From: Hormiphora californensis
Taxonomy: Eukaryota > Animalia > Ctenophora
NCBI GenBank assembly: GCA_020137815.1
Contig: CM035361.1
Coordinates: 3,100,001 to 3,164,000, forward strand
Direction of reading: 5' to 3'
DNA length: 64,000 nucleotides
The translations under genes and the position numbers were made by a program. Shown here piece after piece: positions 42,044 to 54,100 of this stretch (position 1 is its first letter; each line of letters opens with the position of its first letter). Under the pieces are notes generated by a model, which was not told the DNA's origin, searched no databases, and saw only the letters and a list, made by a program, of their open reading frames with translations.

Positions 42044-42135
42044 ATGTCAAGTAACAACGGGAGTACTGCACTATGCTACGCTACAATAAAACAGTACAAC
42101 ACCCCAGAGATGTGTGGAGGTCGCTATTGGGGCTG
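42044..42135 (+). CDS. Slo proximal N-terminal exon B1 ([30 protein letters not shown])
   Basis: ATG, NGS sequon, two Cys; the phase-2 TG|gtaagt donor joins the next exon to complete a Trp codon. Confidence 0.8.
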
Positions 42136-45100
42136 GTAAGTCAAGATCATCACTGGGAACCGACCGAAACAAGTATACAACCAATCAGAACTCGTCATTT
42201 AGGTCACGTGATTGGTTATCAGCCAATCAAGGACCAGTATTTCCTGATTCGGTCGGTTCCTGATCATCACTCGTCACGCCCTTCATTAATGAGATGTCTC
42301 AACTTTTGGGTGTCTCAAGACCCCGCATTATCTTATCGTAGTGATCAAAATGTCCCGACAATCATCTTCTTTTAAGCCTCATCCTACTGCAGGGGATGGC
42401 CAATTCGACCACCCTTTCTAATGGAAATGTATTAGGACATGTGATCCCTCAGTGCAGTAGGATGAGTGTTAACCATCCTAAAATTACTGCACGTTGCTAG
42501 AGTTCATGATTTTAAATTACCAGGTTCCTGCTGAGTGGTGTGGTGAGTTACATGGTCGGCCTCACCATCCTCCTCACATGCCGTACCTTCTACGCCTTCT
42601 GGGTTCGCAAGGTTTATGAGCGGAGACCACAAAGTAACTACGCCAATGAGCTGTATGATTCACCCTTTCTAACACCGGAGCGAGTTGATAAGTTTCAGCA
42701 TCGGGTCTTTGATCACTTTCTCTCGGTCCAAACTGCCTCTGGGAAATGTACTGTAAGTGACGATAGTGAATACAGGGTGACGCCTGTTTTATTGCGCGTA
42801 CCACGCTAATGCCCCTACTTGAACTTTCGGTCTGCATTGTATCCTTTGCGGCGCGTGTTAAGCAAAATTTTAACGAACTTTCTGGGGTTGTGGGTTGGGG
42901 GAAATCGTTTTTATGGATTTTTAGGGTTAAATGACTATGTATTTCATTTCAGGCGATCCTCTACTTTTTGTTCAATGTAATATCCGTCACCCTTTACATT
43001 CGCCAATCGGACCAGTGAGTAGAAAGCAAAAGAAAAACATCAATATATCTTGGTTTATCATTGTGCATCATGGTTTATTGTCAATAAATTATTGACACAA
43101 CTTTCTTCTTGAACTTTGTTAATCTTGAAGCACTTGAAAGTTAATTATTTTTTAGGCCGCTGGAGCAGTGTGAACAGGTGTTGGATTACTGTAACTGGGC
43201 TCTTTACGCTGATATTGGTTTAAATATTTTCTTTTTATTTCACTTCATTCTAAGGGTAAGTGGTGTATTTCTAAAATGTTAATTAGCTGATCAACAATTA
43301 ATTAATCAATTATTACTCGACTCTAGATTCTAAATATCATCTATTTTTCAGTTGATAGCGGCCCCAAATAGGTTAAAGTTTTGGTTTCAATTGGGTTCAA
43401 TCGTTGATTTCTGCACCATTCCCCCATGTGGTCTGGCACTCGTTCTCAAGCGAAACTGGCTTGGTAGGTGAAATCACATGTTCTTTCAGGATAATCATAA
43501 ACCAGCCATTTTTCATTATACATTGTTAATCTTGTTCATGTCTTTAACTAACTCTGTTCATGTTGGTAATGTTTTTAACTCTGTTCATATTTTTCATATT
43601 TTTAACTCTGTTCATGTTAACATATTGTTCATGTTAACACCTGCATTTCCCAGGTATGCGGTTCATGAGGGCCCTTCGATTCATGCAGATGGGTGAAATC
43701 CTCATGACATTTAATAGTACTGGAACGTAAGTATATCTCACCCCATCATATCACATACCCCCCTTTTATTAATTGGCCTCTGATCCCTTTATTTTACTTA
43801 CAAAACATTGATAACTCTCCCTATACATTTAGACACATATGTTTTCCCTCCTAATTGTGTTCCCCTATATAATGCATCATAACCATGCACAAAACTAAAT
43901 ATATAAAAACCTTCTCTCGTGGAATGTATTGATTAAACATATTGTGTGTTATCCATGTAAATTCTTAGTGTACAAACACATAGTAATATAACATTGAATA
44001 TATGCTTGTATCCGTTATAAAAAAGCCTCCCGTGCATTCCAAAAAAACACTAAACTTTAATCGTATCTTTATGTGTTCGTTAGCTAATATGTCCGTTACC
44101 CGTGTGTATTCGATCAATCGTTGTGTGATTTGTGTGTCAAAGCATTGACATTTATACCAAGAGCTGTGTGTTTAGTAAAACTGGAAAGTTATTTTCGTGT
44201 AATTTTCTAATCATTTGATTTCGTTGTTTTTGAAACTCAACCCCTTCGGTCGTATCGTTCTTTGCTTTGTTGTAAATTTAGTTTTTTGTTGTACTTTTCT
44301 CTACAAAACTCCAACTTTTGTTGTCAATTTCAATATCTGCCCCCCCTTGATTTGTAACCATATATGGTCATATCACGTGGTATATTTGTATTGATGAAGG
44401 AGCAATGTCGTCATGGCGTACTTGATGTCCCCACTCTCCATCTCTCCTCTCTCTCTGAATGACCGTTGTCGACATATAACATCCAAAGCACAGCTCCTTC
44501 GGCGGTAGCAGTGGAGGAGGAGGAGGTGGTGGGGGTGGAGGGGGTGGAGGAAGCCCTAAACGGAGGACGTGGAACAAACCGTTCAGCGGGGCCGGCCAGA
44601 GTGGTCCTGGAGGTGGAGGTGATGGTGGTGGTCCTGGAGAGATGGGCAGGGGACACAGCAGAAGGTGCCCGCAGCTCTGCAGCCGAGTGTGAAATGAAAA
44701 TTTTCTTTCTCGCTCCCTCTCTTTGTATTTTGGAAGAAGAGGGAGACGGGTGAAAAATGTCTTTTTCGCATGTTTGTATATCGTTTGGTTTGTGTGTGTA
44801 CCTTTTCGGGATTTTGCTTGCATGAGAGTGTGTGTTGAATTTGTCTCATTTGTCTAGTAACCATAGGGACTGAAATCTATTAACAACCCCTTATATGGGC
44901 ATGACTTTCTTAACACGAAGAAGGAACGTTTGATGTTTTTCGTTGCATGCCTATAATATCGTACTTTATCTCTAAAGGCACAAGGGTTAACTAATTGTGG
45001 TTGTTACAATTCATGTGTTTTTGAAATGTCACCTGTCGATATTTAAAACACTTGTGATTTGTCTTCTGTCAATTGATGTATGTACAATTAGTTGATTAAT

Positions 45101-48100
45101 TGATTAATTAATTAATTGATAATTGATTAATTAATCAATTAATTAATTGATTAATTAATGAAAGATATGTGAAAACTCTCGTTTTTAAAACCTCGCTATC
45201 TATCTCTCTAGAATTCCATCCTTTACAAAGCAATGCGTCTTTCCTCTTTTTCCGCGTGAATTCTCACTTCCACCCCCTTGTTACACGCAGCTCGCCGGAT
45301 GTGAAAGCGCCCAGTAAACCCTCCAAATCAACGCTATTCAAGAAGAAAGTGAAGAGCCAGCTGGACGATAACGGTGTAGTTAACGAGAAACACGAGTGGG
45401 ATAAAACGGTGATCTCCCGTGGTAATAATGTTGGAGCTGGTAGTGATAAGAAAATCAAGACGAAGATGGCCCAAAAAGCGGAGAGTTTTCGGAAGAGTTC
45501 CGGGTCTGGAGATGCGGTTGCTAAGCGACCAGCTTATGGGCAACAGGAGGATGCAGGGTACATGATGCCGCTGTGAAGACTGACCACCACCATGATACTA
45601 TCCACCATGGAGAGAGCTTATCAGCTGACATACATTAATTGCAGGAGAAGTCGCTCTAAAGCAGATACAAATATTCCTCCTTCAACAGCGGAAAGAGCAC
45701 ATACCAGCAGCAGTTTCTGAAATATATGAGCACGTGATGCCCAAATATGGTCAACACGTGATATGATGACGCTTCAGAGCATTTCATTTGGGAACGCCAC
45801 GAGGGGAAGCAGAACCTATACAGCAACATGATACCCAAAAGCCCTCCAATTGCAGCAGGCGGGACTCATGCATGAATCTCTCACTATTTAAACTCCAGCC
45901 AAAGCAAAGAGCAGTTAAAAAAATCAACAAAATTCTGTGGGTGAAAATACAAAACTAAAGTAAAATGCATGCTCTCTCTCTCTACTAAATTAACATAGCA
46001 CCCTTCTATACTCCAGCTCCGATATAGTACTGTGTCCATACTATAATAGCTATGCTATACCTTAAATAATACTATATCCCTAGTTGTCCCCTCCCGCCCC
46101 CCTCCACTTCTAGACGAAACGATAGAAATCCCTTCGAAATCTAAACAAGAATCCCCGATTATATAATCCACCTATTATAGCCACTAAACCATCCCTCATT
46201 ACCCCCCTCTCGTTATCTATACATCTTATTGCAATATGTTGCTTTGTTATTATCAGGGAGGAAGACCAGCGGGCGGAGAAACGGAAGTATGTGCATGTTG
46301 AAACCCACCGCGTATATTAAATATTAGTTTTATATACTCTTATTCTATTACTCTGGTGATAGTTGGTCGAAATAGCTTCTGGTTTAAATTTAACGGGAGT
46401 ATTATATCTCACGCGATATATTTGTCACGCGTGAGATATAAAATATCACGCGTGAGATATAAAATATCACGCGTGAGTGAATATTACACACCAATTCCAA
46501 ATGAGATATATATTCGTTATCTTTTAACCAGGCTATTTTGATCATCTCTCTTATCTAGCATGTGCAGCAGAAAACCTCTAATCGTGAATTCGTCCCCTTG
46601 CTATGCTTTTTTTGTTATTCAATATACCAGACCCATTAATTTTTGGTAGCATCTTACAATGTGCTACCCTTTGTGCTTTCTACTTCTATGCTACTCTTCT
46701 CTTTCTATTTATCACTGCTAGGCACCCTTCGAACAATTGTTCCCAAGGGTGTCTAGGTGACACAAAACAATAAATTCTTTTCCATATTTGAAACTTTTTT
46801 ATAACTCAGTTTTTTTTTCCGCTACTATCATTCTACTTGAAATGAAATGATTTTGATTGCCTTGCTCCCATTTTTTAATCCCTTCATGTCAACTGTATGC
46901 TAGTGTGATGTGTCACCATGTAACAAGTACTGCAACTGAGAGAGAGAGAGAGAGGGTGCAGTTCACTAAAATGAAATCATTTCCGCTTCCAGAACAAGCC
47001 CCTCTCTCTCTCTTTCTAATCAATAGTTGTAATAGCCAGATCGAGCTTCATGTACAGTTATCAGTTACTGATGTACTGTACATGATCTCAGCGAGATCTA
47101 CAATAACAATATTCAGTGTGTTCGAAATGTGATGTGTCTGTGATATATATAATCTTGCCAGAGCTAAAGCATGTGAAGCCCGCTGAGTACATCTCTCTTA
47201 CCTGCACCCCGCTATATCTTCTCTTATACCACACATTGACATTAAACACATTGACACATAACATTTAAACACGACAGTGCAACTTGAACAACCGACCTGG
47301 ACACTTACATGACAATTGAACAGTCGGGCCCCCATTTACCGGGGTCCGACTGTACAATACTACTGCTGACATTACTCTTCTTTCGACTGACATAGTGATC
47401 ACAGACACCACAAGGCAACAGACACGACAAGACAGAACGGGAAACCGCTCACTAAATCCGTTAACCGGAGGACCTATATCCAATTCAGGTCCATTGTGCA
47501 ACTTCTCGTTATCATGCTAGAATTCGTGTCCATCTGGTTATCTGCCTCTGGGTTTATTCACCTGGTAAGTTGATATGTAATCTCCAGCAGGAACCGACCG
47601 AATCAGGAAATACTGGTCCCTGATTGGCCGATAACCAGTCACGTGACCTAAATAACGAGTTCTGATTGGTTGTTTACTTGTTTCGGTCGGTTCCTGCCAT
47701 GAAGATATTAGATATTGAGGGGTTATAACTAAACCTAGGTCCTTCTGTGGCATGCCCAAAAGCTGACGTGATTTTCTGCTTAAAAGACGCCCTATACGGC
47801 CATTATAATAGAGATATATCTAGGGTCAAGCAGTTTTTAGGGAATGTGAGAGTTGATCGTGTACATATTTCCCAGCTCTAAGTATACAACCCTTTGGTGA
47901 CATAGATACCTGGCGTGTGTGAGCTCAATCTCGGTCGCGCCAGGTGTCTATGTCACCAATACAACCCTCTCTCTCCCACACAATTCAGGTTGAAAACTCG
48001 GGTGATCCCTGGGAGAACTACAGCAATGCCCGAACGAGTCCGTTTAGTTATTTCGACTCTGTCTGGCTCACCATGGTAACCATGTCAACTGTGGGTTATG

Positions 48101-51100
48101 GAGACACATATCCTACCACGGGTACGTACAGCAACATGTAATGGGTTATGTAGAGATATATTACAGTCGGACCCCGATTTAGTGGCATCCTCGGGGGATG
48201 TTAATTTCTTATATCGGGGGAAAAAATCCTGCCACTAAATCGGGGGGCCACTAAATCGGGTCCGACTGTACTTAATAATAATAGATCCAACATTATACGA
48301 GCTGATTCCACTTAATATCTAACTGATACTTTAATATATTTAATGGATATTTAATGGATCCCGTTCTCCTGATTTTGTAGCTAATTTATGAACAATGATA
48401 TTGGGATATTATATTTCTTTTTTTTCAGGTATTGGCAGATCTTTCATGATGATCTACATTGTGTGTGGTCTTGCTATGTTCGCCACCTACACTCCTTACC
48501 TATATGAGTTTTATAGGAGCCGATCTCCCTACGCGGGCCGATATGAGCGGGCTGATAGCAAAAAGTAGGTTCTGCCAAATAATGGCCTGTTTAGTTCGAT
48601 ATTATATATCCGGCTGATATACAGCGGGCCGATAGCAAAAAGTAGGTTCTGCCAAATAATGGCCTGTTTAGTTCGATATATCCGGCTGATATATATATTA
48701 GGGGAACGGATGGTTTTTTAACGCAATGATCACATAGATTCAGTTATTTCAATCGATGGCACTAATTATCCAATTAATGGCACTAATTATAATCCCCTCT
48801 CTCTTCAGATACGTTGTGGTATGTGGACACATCACGTACAACAATGTGAAATCCTTTTTAGCTGACTTCCTACACCCTGACAGGGGGGACAGGACAAGTC
48901 GGGTACTCTTTTTAGACAAGTAAGCAATCCTTTAGATTTGATAGGGGGGGGACAGGACAAGTCGTGTACTCTTTTTAGACAATTAAGTAATAGTGATCTT
49001 TGGCTTTATTCAGTACAACGATCTTTCTAAATTGGCTTGTTGTTTATCTGTCAGGCCAATGCTCTGACTTCTGTTCTCGCGAGCTCCGCCAATGCTCTGA
49101 CAAATTACTTATTGTCGTCATTTTCATCCAGTAACCAAATGTTTCCTAGTAAGCGGCCAGAGCCGGAATTGACGGGGTTGATAAAGCGTTATTTTTTAAG
49201 TGTGCAATATTTTGAGGGCTCTGCTCTCAATCACAATGATCTCAGACGTGTTCAGGTAGGGGAGCCACAGGTAATATGGGATACCTAACAACTTTTCGTC
49301 ATATTTTTTTTTCAGATGGCAAAAAATTCACGCCGTCTTCATAGGTCTGTCTTATTTGGACCAAGGTAACACATTACCACCAAAACTAACCCAACGAATG
49401 CTCCATAACGGAGATCTGGCACTATCCCATATTACCTTGAAAATTTGCAGTGGAATTTTATTTTGGTGATATGGGATACCCATTTTTTACGAAAACGGGA
49501 TATCCCATATTATCAAAATAATAGATATCCCATTTTACCAAACCTTTAATTTTGCCATCCGATGGAAGCTAAAATACACATCATATGAGTTAAACTGGTT
49601 TTAAAACGTATTTAAAGTGATTAGTAAATGGGATTGAATTTTTCAAGGCGGTTGTCTTCAAATTCCAGGGTTGAAGCCAGTCTCCTGCTCTTCGGCCGGT
49701 CCGACTCAACAGTAGGTTTCTGTTGGAATACCAAAACTATATCCTCGGGTTTCACCGCACTAATATCGTCTCTTTCCGGATATTGAAACCGGATCTTGGT
49801 AGTTGAAGGTATCTTGCTGGGCACACGGCGTAGAAATCGAATTTCATAATCGTTGTCCACCTTGTCACCGGTAACATAGCCAGCATAGAACTGCACTGTT
49901 CCACGGTAACTGAACCTTACGAGTACAAATGTCCCAGGTACAATATCCTCCTGTTCAATTTCATGTGGAGTCTGGTCCTCTTGCTGATTAGTGGAAGAGG
50001 CCGGTGCTACTGGAACAGGAGAAGCAGTAGATGGGAACAGTTCTTTCTTCACCTTAGTAGGAATTGTCTTTCGTTTCTTGCTGATCTTCTTCACGGCACC
50101 AATCCTAATCACCCCATCTTTATCTGCCACAGTTGCACCACACTTTCTCTTCAATGACTTGTTCTCCCTTCTGATCTCCTTTAGCTGCTCCTTCAAAAGC
50201 TTGTTCTCCTCCTGGAGAGCTATCTCCTTCACGTATGGGCTGGAGGTGATCAGGGCTGTTTTCCCCTGCCGCTTGGAGTTGGTATTTTTCTTCAATGCGT
50301 ACTCAATCTTGGGAAGAGGTATAACATGTTCAGGCAGAGTCATGGTTGAAATGTCGGAATCAGTTGACGAAATAGAGCTGTTGGAGTGGTCTGGGAGAGG
50401 CTGGTGGCCGCACGTGGCACACGCAGGGCGTGTGATGGTCGCTTGATCAGGTTGATCACCACTTGCTTGGTCTTCACCATTATCTCCGTCATCATTTACT
50501 ACTGCACCTAGCTGCTGATGTGCGGTAACAAAGGCTCCGTCAAAGATAGAAGCATCAACTGGCCAGATTCCACACTTCTTAAAGCCTGACTCGAGGCTAT
50601 CAGAGTGTACCACCTTGGTGAATGCTTTCTCGAATAGTTCTGCGATGAAGTTGAGGGTAAGAGGTCTACCGGGGTTATTTCTGAGCCACTCTTGCACCTC
50701 CTTACTGTAATAAATCTCAAGTGGCCCCATGGCGGTAACATCCAGGGGTTGCATACGATGGGTACAATGAGGAGGAAGGCAAATCATCTCCAGGCCATTA
50801 TCACGGGCTAAGTAGAGAACATCGAGAGATTTTACATGGCTCACATGTCCATCCAAGATCAAGAGAGCTGGCCGTTCTTTACTGCAACCTATGTGGTCGA
50901 TGAAATGTTGCAACCACACCAAGAAGCTCTCGCTAGTCATCCACCCCGATGGCTGGTTGGCGGAGATGCTTCCAACTGGCGCACCACGAAGGTAATCTGG
51001 ATTATTCTTCTTCCTAGGAAAAACAAACATGGGAGGCACCCACTCCCCAACCGCATTGCCACAGAGAAGAACAGTAACATTTGTCCCTCGCTCAGCAGAG

Positions 51101-54100
51101 CTCATTGCCCCGATCTGTTTCTTTCCGGATCTCCCGAGTATCTTAGGGGGCGCATTCGGGACAGTACTCACTCCTTTTTCGTCACAATTAAAGATTCGGT
51201 GAGGAGGGTATGGATGTTTCTCCATCACCTTTGTGTAGAGATTGAAGAAAGATTCAACATTTCCCTTGTTAAAAGAGCGGGATCGGGCAAGGGAGGTATT
51301 CTCTGGCTTTCTCAGAGATATTTCAGGGTAACGTGCTAGAAACCGATATAGCCAGTGATAGCCCGCCTTCTCACCTTTAAAAGGGCTTCTCAGACCGTTT
51401 CTTGCTGCAAGTTGGAAAGCCATTTTGCGTACATCCGTGCATGTTAGCCCGAACAATGCCTCCTCCATTGATAGGATATGGTCTCTGAGCATGTCTTCGA
51501 GGTGGAGAGGTAGGACCGTGGATCCAACACCAAGCTTCTTATAGCATTCAGTTGCCACCTTGTTTCCGCCCTTCACCCTTCTCTCTAATGTTGATTTGGG
51601 CACTGAGAAGAACGAAGATGCTTTGAGATAGCCCATGGTCTTGTTCCGCACTGCTTCGATTGCCTTCTTCATATTGTCAGCATCCCAGAATTGCCTGGTG
51701 GTCTTGCGAGTGTAGATATAGCTAGATCCAGATGGTTTCTTAGATCTTGTTGGTGCCATGATAGAGCTACGCTATGAAAAGAGAGAAATGTGAATGATTT
51801 TGGAAAAATGGGATAGTGAAAATTTGGTAAATTGGGATATCCCATTTCAGTAAAATAAAAGTATCCCATTATACCAAAATGGTATAATTATACAATTAGC
51901 TAATTAGCAATCAGATAAGGTTGTTCTGATCATTAAGACTTTCTATATTTGCTTAAAAATATCTAGCCTATTGACATGGATGATCAGTGGTCTCCCGAGA
52001 CAACAGAGACGCGTGTTTGGAAAGAAAGAAGTGGACTGAACTTTCCCTTTCCATTATTTTATAAGAAGGGTGTGGTAGTGTACCATTTTAACATAACAGA
52101 TAACGGCAGTTATCGGTCTAGGAATCACTTTAAGATAATAAAATATGTTCCCCATCTGTTAGTGAGGTTATAGTGTGGCTTATCTTTTCAATACACCGAT
52201 TTCCCATTTTCCCAAATTTCCCATATTACCTGTGGCTCCCCTAATTAATTAACGTGTAACTAACTTGTTAATTAACTTGTTAATTCACAGTTAGGGTCGG
52301 ATTTTTTAATCTCCGTTATTAGATGAATTTTATACATTACAATTTACCTGTTTGAGCTTGTTATAGCTCTAAACACACTTCCCTCCACACGATAGTTAAA
52401 ACACGCGGATGCAGTGATACTGCTATGCAACAAAGATTCAGATGATACAAAATCAGAGGATGCTGCGACCATCCTTCGGGCGGTGAGTGCTGCTGCAGGG
52501 GGGGTGTTGATTGCAGGGGGAGGGAGGGAGCGGTGAGTGCTGCTGCAGGGGGGGGGGGGAGGTGTTGATTGCTGCAGCAGGGGGAGGGAGGGGGCGGTGA
52601 GTGCTGCAGGGGAGTTCTGAAGAGTGGGGGTGGTGAGTGCAGCAGGGCCAGGGGAAGGGAGTGGTGAGTACAGAGGGAAGGAGGGAGAGAGGGGGTGGTG
52701 AGTGCAGAGGGAGGGAGGGAGAGAGGGGGTGGTGAGTGCAGAGGGAGGGAGGGAGAGAGGGGTGGTGAGTGCAGAGGGAGGGAGGGAGAGAGGGGGTGGT
52801 GAGTGCAGGGGAAGGGAGTGGTGGTTCGAAGAGGGGGTCTGGAGATGTGAGTGATGGTGGGGGTTCGGGGTGTTTGGAGTTGTGACTGTGTGGAGTCGAT
52901 CAGTCGAGTCACTGGTCCCTCTCTGAACCTATTATTTTAGTTGTTAATAATATTAACTCATTCCCCCTCCCAGATTTCCGTCAAGAATTACGACAGGGAG
53001 GCCCGGTTGATAATGCAACTACTAAACTATAAATCCAAGTCCTTTCTACAGACAATACCCAACTGGGACCCAATCAACTTTCGTGATGAGAATATTTGCA
53101 TCAGTGAGGTTAGTTATTATCAGGAACCGACCGAATCAGGAAATAGTGGTCCCTGATTGGCTGATAACCAGTCACGTGACCTAAATAACGAGTTCTGATT
53201 GGTTGTTTACTTGTTTCGGTTGGTTCCTGGTTATTATAGGGGGATGTTAGACCAGTCAGACGGACCCCGATTTACCGGGTAAAACCCTTCCCCGAAGAAT
53301 CCCGGAAAATCGGGGTCCGACTTTAGCTACAAATACAATACAAACTGTATGACTAATTTTGAATTTTATCACACGTCACACTGGTATTCAACATCAACAT
53401 CATTATTTCAGTTCATGTATGGGTTGGTGGCCCAGAGTTGTTTGTGTCCCGGATTCTCCACCCTCATGATCAATCTGATCTCAACCCGGTCCTATATACC
53501 TGGGACAGGGGAGGAAACAGACTGGAAGAGTGACTACGCTTATGGGTGTGATCATGAAATCTACACTGTCATGATTTCTAGTGACTTCACTGATATGACA
53601 TTCCCTGAAGCTGCTGAGTAAGTCGTTATTATTTGTGCTTTCCAATTCCAACCCTCTCAGCTTAGACTTTTGGGCAGATAATCTACTTTAACTGAACCAC
53701 ACCAAATATTATCAGCTTCTATATACCCCCCTCCAGACCGCACCCAGGATATGTTTTATTAACACCCCCACATGATCTGTTTTATTTACACCCCCCCCCC
53801 CACTCCCACCGAATCTGTTTTATTTACCCCCCCCCCCCCCCCCCCCCCCCCGAGCGTCGTCCAGTTCCACCGAATCTGTTTTATTTACTCCCCCCACTCC
53901 CACCGAATCTGTTTTATTTACCCCCACTCTCAGGATATGTTACACCCAACTGAACCTGCTTCTGATCGCGGTGGAGAACTTCGATAACTCTGGGTTAGCT
54001 ATAAACCCGCTTCCCGACCAATTCACAATACGAAGGGAGTGTCTAGGTTACTTCATTGCCTCGTCCTACAAAGATGTTTGCAAGTGAGTGGAGTTTTCTT

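Noticed and set aside
44368-44823. Minus-strand poly-Pro ORF resembling a formin/WASP segment
   Set aside because: It is the antisense mirror of the + strand poly-Gly block, which has the splice and phase support.
45577-45720. Open frame continuing past the TGA at 45576 (stop readthrough)
   Set aside because: About 47 open codons can arise by chance, and the stop context TGA-A is not the typical leaky TGA-C.
49963-51339. + strand ORFs overlapping the transposase
   Set aside because: Antisense shadows of the 712-aa ORF with no independent motifs.
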